DNA from: Mytilus californianus
Lineage: Eukaryota
Assembly: GCF_021869535.1 (NCBI RefSeq)
Contig: NW_026262637.1
Span: 3,844,001-3,908,000, forward strand
Length of the DNA stretch: 64,000 nucleotides
Direction of reading: 5' to 3'
Made by a program: the position numbers and the translations under genes. Positions 36,078 through 49,348 of this stretch are shown in pieces. Below the pieces are notes generated by a model that saw only the letters and a program-made list of their open reading frames with translations, searched no databases and was not told the DNA's origin. Each line of letters begins with the position of its first letter. Positions within the stretch are counted from its first letter, which is position 1.

Positions 36078-37211
36078 GACCAATTTAGAACATATTCACA
36101 CTTTCGAGTGACCTTACAAAATTATCCTTTCCCATTGTAATATTCAAAACTAAATAAGAATTAACTTTTTATAATGAAGTGAGTATATAACATAGGTAAG
36201 TAATGACCATTACAATGGATGGAATGAAATAGCACTGACATAGTTTGTGAGGACAAAAAGGATAAATTGTTCAAACATTTGAGTTTTTCTTCTGCTTCAG
36301 GTAAAAATTTAATACTTTTATACCTTAAATTTCTTGATTTTATTGAGCACACAATGTTATATCAATCCAATTTATGAAATTCGAATATTTTTTGATAATT
36401 ATAAAACTTACTCTATAAATATTTGAAATACGACCATTCAACATCAGATGCTTACTTTTTATTAATGAATGTACATGTATTGTGGGTTTTTTTTTTCTCA
36501 AAAAAATCCTTTGCTTTATATATCAGCAGTCTGACATTGTTTTCTTGAAAAAAATAATCGACTCGAATGTCTGGTATAAAATTTGTATAAAAGATAATTT
36601 TACCTACATCTTTGCCCCATTTTATTTTTTGTTTGTTATATATATGTACCATTAATATAAAGATTTGCAATGTTCAAAATGTTTTTTAAAATTCTTTTCT
36701 CTTTCATCTTTAATCAGTAGGCTATTTTCCCAAGGAAAATGCCTCAGGGGATTGTACACTTCGTTAGTAAAGTTATTAAGAGTTCACTTTCATAATTAAT
36801 CTACAATGAAAAGTCATTCATGTATAGCATTTTATAGTGCATGGAAAGCCATGTACTATGAAAATTAGAAGGGAAAAAACTGACTTTTCATTGGACGAGA
36901 AGGGGTGAGTATGTTCTAATTTTCCTTTCGCAACCATAGGTTGTCGCGGGGACCTAACGTCCAAACTATTGTACTTGTCTATTGTCAGTGACTTCGTTGG
37001 AGGCGAAAACACGTCGATTGTTTATAAAATGTAATGACTGAACAGCTGTCTTTGTATAACTCGTCTTAGCTATCATCTATACAAACTCCATTTCAGGCAG
37101 TCGACTCTTGGTTTTAACATGTTTAATAAATCTCCGGTAACCTATTTATATACACTACACTAACTTATTACATGTGTTATGAGGAAATTAATCAGTCGCA
37201 TACTGTATGAG

Positions 37212-37598
37212 GTGAGTATGATATGTGTGATGCATTACTGTTTATTGACAAATCACTATTTAGAACCACAGTGGAGATTTGAGGTATTTACAAACATTTA
37301 ACATGTCTAAAGCCGCGTCCACAAAACATGTCATAATCTGCATCTGTTTACATCAAGGATTTGTACAGTGAGATTATACAAATCTTTGTTTACATTTAAT
37401 TTAGTGTAATGTACACCGGTTTCACATGAACTTAGTTTTTACCTGTACATCTGTTTAATTAACATTACTTGAATACAATTCATATCGTAAAAATTTCAAA
37501 TATATATATATTTAAAAATTGTAAAGATTAACATTTCTTGTGGAAAATCAATCATTAAGTTTGGGTGAAGCACTTGAACATTTCTTCTCTTATTTCAG
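37212..37598 (+). other. Probable 5'-UTR intron of the cGLR gene
   Basis: GAG|GTGAGT donor after 37211; TTTCTTCTCTTATTTCAG acceptor at 37598, 56 nt before the ATG. Confidence 0.6.
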
Positions 37599-37654
37599 AT
37601 ACCATTAAACATGTTAAAAGATAAGCTGTGATGTATTAATATACTACTACTGTC

Positions 37655-39133
37655 ATGGAAACACCATGCTCCGAGATGATCGGAGCATCTATTCAACAAA
37701 CAGATTCGTACAAGAAATCTGTGTCTTTATATCAGGCATCATGGGATGATCTACGCCAATGTATCGCAAAAAACCATGTCGATCTCACACATCTTTCTGC
37801 TGTACTCGTTAAACTCGAAAATAAAACACATTTCGATAAGAAAAGACAAAACGAAGTAGAGGACATAGAAACATCAGTTACAGAAATAGTGCAAACCATA
37901 CTTGATAAAATGGGTGTGTATGACAACACTTGTCGAGACCTCAGACTGATAAAGGCTGGTGGTTACTTCGATGGTACTAAAATTCGTATTCCTGATGAAT
38001 TTGACTTTGTTGTTGACATAAGCTCATTATCTTCGTATTTTTCAACAAAGACCAAAGAGGAAGTACAGATTGATTGCTGGAAAGAGGACAGTTCCCGGGT
38101 GAACGTTCGAGTTGTTGGAACGCCAGATCCAACCGTCGCTATATTTTGTCCCGACGTTTGCATGAATGCTTCAAACAGACAAGAAAGTGCAAGTAAATGT
38201 GGTCCGACAGGAGTCATAATGAATAAGAAATTTTCAAAACTATTTACCTCGCTTTTTAAGAAGGTAGTTATTTCTTTCATTGAAGATGGAATGATAGTCA
38301 CTCGATCTACAGGAACAATGAAAATAATGCCGGATTTAGTCAACATTTTGGCCAACACACTTGATGATTCGTTTTTGCCTTTTTATACTCTATGGATACC
38401 GAAGAGAGACACAGAGGCTGTAGGGATATCAATAGATATCACGCCCAGTTTTCGCCTAGACTCAGATTACTTAAATTTTAACAGAACATTCGTTAACGTT
38501 GATGCCCTGAAAAAAATTTCAGGAATTATTGGTAAGGATAATTGTTTTATGAGACTTGTGTTGCGAGATGATGATCATTGGAGGCTGTCATTGTCCCATG
38601 TAGAAACGGAAGTGATCAGAGAAGCAGACGATATACACAAAATGTGTTCAAGAATTCTCAAAATGTTAAAAGAGGGAAAACCCCTTGACGCTGACCAAGA
38701 TCATATACCGAACGCATCTTACATGGAAAGCTCCGCGCGTTCTTTTAAATTTACCGAAATGTGTACCTCATACACTATAAAAACTGCTATTTTAAGGCAT
38801 ATCATATCATGTAACAGAAGCACGTGCGGTCTAGGCAACTGTTTTATTTCCATCCTATTAGAAGTCGAAGAAATGGTGAAATCTGGAGAATTTACTGGTC
38901 TTTTTATTGGCATAAATAAAAAGGAGAGTACATGTACGGGAAATTGGGAACTCGACACACTCTCTTATCTCAGCAGACTTAATACAATTTTTATTGATTT
39001 GATTGAAGGGAGAGAGCAGGATGAAACTTCGGCAGCTGAACAAGTCTGCCAAGAAAGAAAGAAATACATACACGATATCTGCACTTCAGATGACTTCAAG
39101 GATATTCAGGATTGGTATATTGGAGCTATTTGA
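37655..39133 (+). CDS. cGAS-like receptor (cGLR) / Mab-21-family nucleotidyltransferase, 492 aa
   Basis: GGYFDGTKIRIPDEFDF (G102-G103, E115, D117) and ISIDIT (D261) parallel cGAS GSYYEHVKISAPNEFD / ISVDIT; Mab-21 C-terminal motifs WRLSLS, CSRILK, SYTIKT; open 1479-nt ORF. Confidence 0.9.
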   Translation: METPCSEMIGASIQQTDSYKKSVSLYQASWDDLRQCIAKNHVDLTHLSAVLVKLENKTHFDKKRQNEVEDIETSVTEIVQTILDKMGVYDNTCRDLRLIKAGGYFDGTKIRIPDEFDFVVDISSLSSYFSTKTKEEVQIDCWKEDSSRVNVRVVGTPDPTVAIFCPDVCMNASNRQESASKCGPTGVIMNKKFSKLFTSLFKKVVISFIEDGMIVTRSTGTMKIMPDLVNILANTLDDSFLPFYTLWIPKRDTEAVGISIDITPSFRLDSDYLNFNRTFVNVDALKKISGIIGKDNCFMRLVLRDDDHWRLSLSHVETEVIREADDIHKMCSRILKMLKEGKPLDADQDHIPNASYMESSARSFKFTEMCTSYTIKTAILRHIISCNRSTCGLGNCFISILLEVEEMVKSGEFTGLFIGINKKESTCTGNWELDTLSYLSRLNTIFIDLIEGREQDETSAAEQVCQERKKYIHDICTSDDFKDIQDWYIGAI

Positions 39134-40076
39134 ACATGTTGAAATTACAAGATATGCAGCAATCATGTTATCATCAAATATTCAAAATGTAAAAATATAT
39201 GGAGGAAACAACTTGAAAGGTTGACAATTTTAACCACAACTACATAATTATATGTAAAGGAGAAGATAGAATTAGTTCCAAAAATTCCTATAATATAACT
39301 ACGGAGAAACATTATATTATACGATCTTTTTATCCTTCATGTCCACAAGCAAACAAAACCAATTTGTTATAACACATCATGTTACACAAATGTATAAATT
39401 TACATAAGCTTCGATTGCTGCTCGTCTTTCTGTGTATTTTGAGCCTTCGATAGTGATTACATCACAACAATTGGGGAACGTCTCCAACCTGCAGATGACA
39501 CAGGTATCCAATACATTGAATAATAATAAAGTTGATGACAAACTTTTACACTGAAAATGATTACGTTTAAGTATAACATTTATACACTCTCATATTAAAA
39601 AGGACAAAAAGGAAATGTCTACAATCCTGTCAAAAGCATTTACCGTTAAACAACAATCTTCAAGCAAATATAACGAAGACAAGGATAGATCCTGGCTTGG
39701 GACAGCCACTATTTGCTGCGGTGTTAGACTAATTTGTGCGGTACCAACTCTCCTCTTAAATACAAATACTTGACGGCAACATATTATCATAAACAAAACA
39801 ATACAAAACATGCAAAAAGTCTCCATAACTCGAAAAAGATCTATAATAAAACAAATTAAACAAATTAAAGACAAATGGACCCTAATGGTGTATATCAATT
39901 ATTTGTTAATGTTGCATCGCAGTTAATAACATTGTAGAGAGAAGCAAACGCTTCTCCGATGTTTTAAGTTCAACAACCGAATTTAAACTATCAAAATTTG
40001 TGTTCATGAAGTAATGAGGTGATTTAACTAAAGTGTACATGGGCAACACAAAAAGGGACACAGCTTTGTGTGTTTA

Positions 40077-40760
40077 GGTGTTAGACCACCAATTAACCCA
40101 CTCCAATTTAGAACGTATGTAAAATAGCCCTTACCTGACAAAAAATAGTGATTTTGATGTCGTTGTTAACTTAAACTAACCAACAAATTTGCAGAAATGA
40201 AACTTTTGTTGAAAGAGAAATATATGTAGACCATTTTGAGCCAAAATTTACTTGTCCATGACTTATAGTAAATAAAAATTGTTTCATGACCATAACTGCA
40301 TTATTGATGAATTACTGGTCCATTACTGGAACCTGATGAAAAAAAGGTCACTATTCCTTGACTCTTCAATACTTTCGATTTTTTACTAAATTCATTGTAA
40401 AAATTGTAAAAAGTCTTTAAAGCAGTAGGACAAACAAGGAAAAATCAACCAAAATTAATCTTGATATTGAAAGTTTATGTTCCTGAAGTCAGAAATTAAA
40501 TTTCAAGTATTTTCTATAAAAGTCATACATAACAGTCAGTTTAAATTGAGCTGTGAATTTTGCAATATAAGTCTCATTATGATGAGATATGGTTTTATTT
40601 ACTTGAAGTTGGCCAAGGATTAAGAATAAAGCAAAACAAAAGAGCTGTGAATTTTGCAATATAAGTCTCATTATGATGAGATATGGTTTTATTTGCTTGA
40701 AGTTGGCCAAGGATTAAGAATAAAGCAAAACAAAAGACTTCTGATAAACTTTTTTTGTCT
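40077..40760. mobile_element. Left part of a MITE related to 40766-41232, with an internal 94-bp tandem duplication
   Basis: The first ~190 bp parallel 40766-40950; duplicated unit at 40549 and 40643. Confidence 0.7.
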
Positions 40761-40765
40761 CTTTA

Positions 40766-41232
40766 GGTGTCAGACCACCAATTCACCCACTCCAATTTAG
40801 AACGTAGGTAAAAGTAGTCCTTACCTGACAAAAATAGTGCTTTTGTGTCATTGCTAACTTAAACTAACCAACAAATTTGCAGAAATGAATCTTTTGTTGA
40901 AAGAGAAATAAATGTAGGCCATTTATAGCCAAAATTTACTTGTCCATGAGTTTGCATTAAAATTTGAGGATTAATGCGCTCCATAGTATACCTATTTGAG
41001 ATTTCCAGAAACCAGGGGTTATTTTTAGCAGTACTTGTCTTCTAAACGTTAGTATATCCTTAGAAGACTTTAAACATAGGTTGAAAATTGGCATGTAGAA
41101 AGATGATACATGTACAATTCAGGATATACCTGGTTTCTATGAAGTTAAACTAAAGGTAAAATATTTAGAAAGCTGTGAAATTTACAAAATTTGGTTGAAT
41201 AGATAGGGATTTTGAATTGGTGGTCTGACACC
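40766..41232. mobile_element. 467-bp MITE with TA target duplication
   Basis: Perfect TIR GGTGTCAGACCACCAATTCA, flanked by TA on both sides. Confidence 0.85.
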
Positions 41233-41444
41233 TAAAGCCCCACTTTACGATAAACCGAAGTTTGTTTGAATCAACAAATAACTGTTTCTGTGGTTGTATT
41301 GGATTACAAAATACATAACATAAACCTCGATCGAACATGGAATTAGCGTTTGATTTTTTTGATACGAACACATTCATAACTGACCTCCGTCGCATCGGGA
41401 CGTAGTTCGTAGCATGTTCCAAGTGCTCCACAAAACCTCCGTTT

Positions 41445-42645
41445 TTCATATGTGGCTGACTTCATACTGGAACTTTTAGGAAGAAGGACAAGACGTTAGC
41501 GTTATCCTTTAACTTCACTTTCCGCAATATAGATGATGTCCTCTCACTAAATTATTCAACGTTTGGTGACTATGTTGAGCATATCTATTTCATTGAACTT
41601 GATATAAAGGATACACCAAATACAGTTAAGTCTGCCTCATATCTTGACTTATATCTAGAAGTTGACAATGAGGGATGGTTGAAAACAAAAATTTATGACA
41701 AAAGAGGTGATTTCAGCTTCCCAATTGTGAACTTTCCATTTCTATGTAACAAAAAATCCAGCAGCGCCTGCATATGGAGTATATATCTCTCAGTATATAC
41801 GATATTCCAGGGCTTGCATTTCCTATCATGATTTCCTTGACAGAGGTTTGCTGCTCACAAGTAAGCTATCAAACAAATAGTTCCAAGTTGTGAAGTTGAA
41901 ATCATCCCTTCGTAAATTTTGCGGACACCATCACGAGTATGTAACACCACCAAATCATAGTACGTCATATTCGTCATAAACATATATCTTGGGTGTTTCT
42001 ATAAGATATTTTGGAAACTTGAGGTTACATGGTTACTTAAGCTTGCAAACAGAAAAAAAGGGGGTGAAAATTTGATTGGTTAACTTCCAGTGATGGTTAT
42101 TATCTTATATGCAATGATTTAATTTTTGGTGTTTTAACGCCACTTTCTTATATGCAATGAAATGTTATATGAAATTTTGTCTGTAGTACTGGACAGGATA
42201 AAACTTTCTCATGCCAAGTATTTCTATATTTTAAACAAAGATCAATTCTGCACAAATTTTTGAAAAGTGTAAATTTAACAAAGAAAAATTAGGGAAAACA
42301 AATGATGGTATTACTCCTTATACAAATGACGACGGATATGTTCCAATTGTCGTAACCACAATCCTGTCCTCTTTTCCCCGAAAGTGACCTACCGACTTCT
42401 CACCGGGTTTGTACTTACATGAGCAACACGATGGGTGCCACATGTAATGCAGGATCTTCTTACCCTTCCAAAGCACATCCCGGTTTTAAGTGGGATTCGT
42501 GTTGCTCAGTCTTTAGTTTTCTATGTTTTTTTTGTGTACAGTTGTATGACCTTTTGGTCTTTTTCTTATTTTGCCATGGCGTTGTCAGTTTATTTTCGAC
42601 TTATGAGTTTGAATGTCCCTTTGGTACCTTTCGCCTCTCTTTAGC
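41445..42645 (+). mobile_element. Penelope-like element: RT C-terminal part and 3' region, interrupted at about 41940-42320
   Basis: SFNFTFRNIDDVLSL...SASYLDLYL...KIYDKRGDFSFPIVNFPFL...PAYGVYISQYIRYSRAC (frameshifted); the 3' region matches 57630-58020 in reverse. Confidence 0.82.
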
Positions 42646-43664
42646 AGGTTTCCATTTCAATAACCTCCTTCTGAGCAGCAACCTTCTATCACTGAAATTA
42701 TGATAAGATACGGAAGCTCTGAAAATTCGTATCAACTGGGAGTTATACTCCATATAAAGGATTTTCAACGAGAACTCGAATTCTTGAGTATCACTCGGTT
42801 GTACAGAGTATCGAATACCAAAATTTGAAGCGACTTATCGGTTTCTGTATAGAATATTGTCTTCTTCTTTTCGCAAACGTGAACATTTTTCGTCATGAAC
42901 GACCCTCGGAGAGTTAAATAGTTACATCAACCTTTAATCATAGTGAAAATACGTTTCGTATGTGTGTGTGCTTCGTTGTCTTTTAAAACATCCACAATCT
43001 TCCATTTTGAAACTCTAAAGATGTCACGAGCTGGTGGTGGGCAACACATGAGAACAGCTTTCCAAGACCAAGACTTTTGGCTTGACGTGTTTTATCGATT
43101 CCCGACACTTGAGCAACGTCAGGGCGATCATTTTAGTCTGCTTGACGGTTAAGTACAAAGTTGGAAAACAGACTCTCCCCTGAAAGAATTCACAAGACAT
43201 ATCAAATCCGTCACAACTTGTGGTGATCCTCAGGGAACATTAAACGCATCAGTGATTTCTTATAATCACATCTTTGTAAATGTGTTTTCTTTGCGATTAT
43301 TAATTGTGACTATTCAAGGGGTTCTTAACGTTATTGATCAGAATATTGATTATAATTCCTGTGGCTATCTAGAGGGTATAACGTCTATAATACAACAACC
43401 CACAAGCGTAAAATGCAAATAGTTGTGTTCCAATGTTGTAGATTTTGTTCTCGAGTATCGCTCGATAAAAGCAACCAGTCCTCGATTAGTAAGTTAACTA
43501 CCAGTTAACACCCTTACTCTATATATACAGGCACTGCTTGAATGTTGCCACATAGAAAAAGAACGACACATTTATAATTCATACTATATGCAATCATATC
43601 TTTTGTCGAAAATCTCAACCGATCTTTATTGTGCAAATTTTAGATGTTAGTCAAGATATGATGC

Positions 43665-43745
43665 AGAATTAACAGACACCATATATGTGCGTTTCGGCAA
43701 TACAGTTTATCGACAAGTTGAAGGTAGTTCTATGGGCACATATTA
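43665..43745 (+). mobile_element. Short PLE-type RT fragment
   Basis: DTIYVRFGNTVYRQVEGSSMGT resembles the RT Q..G.PMG motif region. Confidence 0.55.
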
Positions 43746-45709
43746 TAATCCTTTAAAAACATAATTCCCGTATTGATATATTTACTCTTCAACATTCTGT
43801 ATGTTCCTGTCACAAGTCAAAAGTCTGTTATTATGTAGATGTCGTTGGTTGCAGTCTGTCATATTTGTTTGTCAATTACATTTTTATTATAAATCAGGCC
43901 GTCGGTTTTCTCGTTTGAATTGTTTTACAAAAGGTCATGTCGGGGTCTATAGTTGCTCTCATCCACGTCGTTTAGTGTCTAATGGATAGTTCAGAGTTGA
44001 AAGATTTGAATTGACAAAGCATCAGTATGAACATTGAAAAACTAATACATTTTAATCTTTTAAAATACCCTACTAACTAACAGTTCTAACGAAACTGAAT
44101 CGTACATGACATTTTTCCTAATTAGCATACTGCATTTACTACCTTAGAGCATATCAATACTGTTTGATTTCAGTGCTGCTTCATGTTGGACAACCATCAA
44201 GGTATCATAATCTTTTTCTTTCAATGCTTATTAAGTATATGTCTATAAAGCGAGCATAGTTGCATCGCTAGTACTTTTTGTGAAATTCCGGATGCCCAAT
44301 TATAACCGCTTAACCTTAAAATACATTTGAAGTGTGTAAATAAATAAATAAATAATCCATTTCATTGTGAAAACTAAAATGTACTCATTGATCAAGACAA
44401 CAGTGTTTTTAAAGCTGATCCTTTTGATGCATTTTTTAAGAATTCAGAGTTGGTAGGTGTTTCCTGTGCTTTTTTTGTTAATGCTACTAGTGGTACCTGT
44501 TCCTCAAGCGGATATTTCGTGCGAACAATTAAAAGTATGTTTACGATAATAGCGATCATGTGTACACTCTTATCTTTTCACTATTTAGATGAAATAATTT
44601 TAAGATAAAAATAATAATATTGAATACATCTGAATGCGACAGCTGCAGTTTTGAATTTTCTTTTTTTTGTCATACCGATGTGTGATATACGAAATAGATC
44701 GATGAAAGGTTCTTACGACATACAATGTGCTGATAAATATATTACAGTTCATGGAAAAATGAAAGAACTTTGAAATTTCAAAATGTGTCAATTGATTTGT
44801 AAGGAGTTTGAATAGACCGAAATACCTTTATGACACATTTTGCCAAATTTCATGTGAGATTAAGGTATGGTATATGCAGCTTTTGTAACACACACGCATG
44901 TATGGAATGCAAATGCTCTAAAATTGAAATCAATGAAGTTTTTCATCAACATGTGTCTCAAATCTTGCGAGATACTCATGGCTGATAAAAAACGTTGACG
45001 TTGAAAATGATAACTGTATTTAATATTTAGAACAATAACCATTAAAACAGGGGACTTGATCAAGCAGAGAACACTACTGATCAGGCAATTATAACACAAA
45101 TATAAGCATATAATTGTTTTTTCGGTATCTTTATTCGATCTGTGTTGTGTCATTGTTCCATATGAACATTGGTATAGTGGGAATAAAGTACAATGAGAGA
45201 TGCGTTCAGGCACAAATTCGAATTGTTCACCTAACGGAATTTGCCATGTTGATTGGTTGTAAATTTGATGTATGTGCAGTTTCATATTCGCGTTTAATTG
45301 TGGTCCTGTTTGTTCTATTAAGTTATCGTAGTAACCGCAGGAATTTACAAAAAAATAGAATTTTAGAAGCAAAAGTAATAAATAAAAATAAATAAATAAA
45401 ATAAAAGCTGTTTTTTATTTACATGAAATATCCGTTTTTAAGTTATACTCATGCTGGTGGACTTTTAGTCCTCGAGGATATCAACAGCCTAGTAGCCAGT
45501 ACTTCAGTGCTGGCACGAAAACATGGATATTGTTTGATTAGAATTTGCTGTTTATTTTGGAAATTATAATTTAAATTAAGAAATATATCTCCCTCATGCA
45601 AATTTCTGATTCCATATCTGAATTTGGCTATTCTTTAAGTCCTGTTTGGTTTGATCCACTCTTCAACATTTGTAGTATTTTTTGAATACTCCAATATTTT
45701 GGGTTCAAG

Positions 45710-45751
45710 CATCACTGAAGGGACATTAATTGTCGGAATGCGCATCTGGTG
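45710..45751 (+). ncRNA. Degenerate minimal hammerhead ribozyme within a dispersed repeat (about 45440-45790)
   Basis: CATCA-CTGAAGG-GACA ttaat TGTC-GGAA-TGCGCA-TC-TGGTG: all three helices present, two core substitutions (A9>G, A13>G). Confidence 0.75.
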
Positions 45752-46615
45752 CATTAAAACTGGAACCGTTTATGCTATTACAGTACAATATAGAAGTTGT
45801 TTGCCATACTGTAACTTCCTAAAAATGGAAGTTATTACATTGGTTGCAATGAATTACATTGATTTCCCAGTGAAATAAAAACCGATAATTTCACCTGCGA
45901 AATAAACGTGGTTATTTCACTCCTCTGACGTCATACAACTATAGGCGTTGTCAAGACGTCGATAACGTCGGATCAAAACAAATTGTGAATGCGTAGAAAA
46001 AGATATAGTTCCTTACATTTTCTACTTTAATTTTATAAAAAAAAAGCCATTTGCCATTGTCATAAAAAGAATAACTAATCAAAGAATTCAAATATCGAAA
46101 AATATTCAACTCGTAACCGAACACCACTGTTATTTAACTCATGCGCTACGCGCATTCGTGAATTAATGTGTTGTTCGGGCACTCGTTGAATATTTTTCTC
46201 TATTTGAATTCTTCGATTAGTTATTCTATAATTATTGTACGGTATGACGTCACTGAGTGGAAGGTGAAGCACTAGTTTGCTCTTCCCCATTAACATATTT
46301 AAGATTTGTAGAACATATATTGTCATTGGCAAACACATGAAACCATGAAACAAACTATTATCCTTCTGAAATGTAGATATATTTTGGCTGACTTTTTTAT
46401 TATCATTTTGTTACTATTCAGTATTTTTTCTTTCCATCATCTTGATTCAAAACAGGTTTGTTTCGGAAAATGTGGATGAACATTTCCACGTTTCGGGGAT
46501 TGCATGTTGAAACATATGGTAGGATGATATTAATCATTTGATGCACTACTAATTTTGGGCTTTAATGCTCTTTAGCTTTGTACTTTATTTGGCCTTTTTA
46601 TTTTTCTTAATCGAG

Positions 46616-46657
46616 CGTCGCTGTTGAGTCTTTTATAGACGAAACGCGCGTCTGTCG
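46616..46657 (+). ncRNA. Degenerate minimal hammerhead ribozyme of a second family (repeat about 46545-46700)
   Basis: CGTCG-CTGTTGA-GTCT tttat AGAC-GAAA-CGCGCG-TC-TGTCG: palindromic helix III and GUC site; core A6>T and one stem I mismatch. Confidence 0.75.
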
Positions 46658-48035
46658 TACAATTTTTCAATCCTTGTATCTATGATGAGTTTATTTACTG
46701 AGCTCAAGGGAAAATAAGTCAGTCAACGCTTTTTTCAAAATATAATTGTCATTTAACTGAAAAAGTAAATTTTCAGTGTTAAATAGGACATCTTTACGGT
46801 CAAAATATAACACATAATTAGATATATAAGCAGAAACAAGTATTTTTTTTTTTATCATAAAACATCATTGTCTGGGAAGATTTTGATGAATTTACAGGCA
46901 AAGTTGACTCGTCCATCTTGGCCCCCTGAGTAAAGGGCAAAAATAGAGTTTTCCATAGGTGCTACTGATAATTTTAGGATATTAACACATAAGGAATAAC
47001 AACAAGCCATTAGGTAAGAGTAACCTTTTGTGCAAAATTCGTATCCGCATGTTTGTTATGTTGATTAGGTAAAGGCGAATGAGTTTAAACGTAAATTGTA
47101 CAAATTTCACAGTAAAATTATCGTTCGTGTGTATATAGGAATTGAATGCTTAATTTGTTTTATTGTGGTATAAAATAGTTTGCAGAAGCGCATTTTGTAA
47201 ACGCTAGTCAGTGCTTCATAGAATAAACATGCGTATGATTAAAGTTTTACACCCCTCTAAAACATAAACAAAAACTTTGCTTGTAGATTCTGTGGATATG
47301 CAAACCTTTAGTATGTAAAATAATTGAACATTAAATAACATTACAATATAAAGATATTGTAATGTCCATCGACATGATACCATTGAAAAATCCTTATCAT
47401 TTACCCTTACAATATAAAGATATTGAAATCTCCATCGACATGATAGCATTCAAAAATCCTCATATTATACAGCTACATTAAATTTTATATGACAATAGGA
47501 ACAGAAGTGAAAAATCAAAATATGTCAACTTAGTCATTGTTGACATTCGGTAATAAAGAGTTCAATTTCTATTGTTTAATTCAAACTGAATATGCGGCTG
47601 TACAGGTATGGAAACTTGATCGAAACATTTCAACCGAAGTACAAATATCCTTGTTACAATAACGTAATAAGGCTAACATTGTGAGTAGACATGATTCAGG
47701 ATAGTATGAATGTTTTTATCAAGCCTGATGCTATATACTAGAGGAGTATATAGAAAATGGAAAGCAACGCATGCTTAAATGTAACAGTGTTTACATTACA
47801 CCTGAGAAATCTTTACAAGTTTTTTAAAATGTCACTGGTGTAACAGGAAAATTCTGAAAAAACCTACTGTAATTATCTATACAACGTGCGATTTACTGAC
47901 CTAAATCAACCTTTAAACGTCGATTTTCTGTAACCCTGAAATAATTGCTTTTGCAAAAAACCTGTTCATAATGCATCCTTTGTTTGGTCTGATGCGTTTT
48001 CTTATAATCTATACGACCTGCGATTTATTAACCTA

Positions 48036-48362
48036 CTGTGAAAGTACTTATGATCGTGAGCACAGATGAATCAGCTTATTCCCAAAAGCAATTATTTTAT
48101 TAAAAATATTATGAATGTTGTTAGTAATGAAAGACGAACAAGTGAGTTAAAATTAACACCTTATTTTACAATGTTCCACAAATCATTATAAAACAACATA
48201 CGATTAATATCACGAATATTCGTTTCCGAAGTCTTCAAATTCTTATAACTCGATTTTTTTTTTCTTCAGAAAAGTTAAATCCACGAATTTAAGAAACCAC
48301 GAACATGTAACTTTTGCTGAAACCACGAAAATTAATACCCATGAATATAAGTACTTTCACAG
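48036..48362. mobile_element. 327-bp TA-targeting MITE
   Basis: 16-bp TIR CTGTGAAAGTACTTAT; TA at 48034-48035 and 48363-48364. Confidence 0.8.
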
Positions 48363-49348
48363 TATTTAACTTTTAATCGTCAATTTTCTGTAGCCCTGTC
48401 CATACGTATACATTGGCAATGCACAATATATTGTTTTCTCTTATGTATTTGACGACTTTACACTTGGTCTCTGGTCGAAAATTTTCTCATTGGCATCATA
48501 CAACATCGTCTAATTTTTATATTCTAACTACCATTCTGTAGGAATATTGCTTATGTTTTTACTAGTACTGTCAAACTTGACTGTGGTGTACTTTAAATTC
48601 CGAACACAGACTTCTTCCAAACAACCTGTAGGCATGTTTGCTAAATTTTCAATCTTTAAATTGATTTACCCATATAATTACCTTGATATCCCTTTTTTGC
48701 AGGCTAGAGGGGCATTAACAGGATATTGGAAACTGTGTGCGCTTTTACCAGGAAATGAACTGATAACTCGGACGGTTGGTTAGAATAGGTGATTATATAC
48801 TACTAGACGGAGTTTCAAGATGTCTTTCAAACACACAAGAGAGAAAGGTCGTCGTGAATTAAATAATGGGACTTTTAATTAAGTTCAAACTTCTTAAGTC
48901 CATTTCTTGGATATATTTACAAATAATTGATTAAGAAAAAAAAAATACCGATATTGTTTTGATAATTTTCATTATCATTATAAGAACTTTGCAAAAACAT
49001 TAAGTACATGTTTTTTATTCTGAGCAAAGACCGTTCCTGATAATTGTATTTAGAATCTTTCAAATACATTTTATTTTCTTCATATGACGGACGATGCTTG
49101 CATAGCAGGAAATGCTTACCTAGTCGATGTACCCGGTCACGTTCCTTTTGAGTTCATGCAATTCTCTCAGTTTTTGTTTTTTTAACTTTGATTTGTATCT
49201 TTTCAAAGGATTTATGAGATTTGAACATCGGTAAATTATTGTTGTCTCTAATTTATGTTTTTTTTGTGAAAACAAACTTTTTAACCCAAATGAAAATGCA
49301 AATTAGACCAGAAAAAATATTTTTGTTGGAAAAGAAGAGATACATATT

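Noticed and set aside
39400-39560. Protein-like frames downstream of the cGLR stop
   Set aside because: Short, no start or consistent splice pair, and no recognisable motif.
439-43233. Other CTGANGA hits (439, 4209, minus strand at 43227-43233) as hammerheads
   Set aside because: None has a stem II followed by GAAA together with helices I and III.
44860-45395. 170-aa and 93-aa overlapping ORFs
   Set aside because: No motif recognised, weak start context, partly within repeat sequence.
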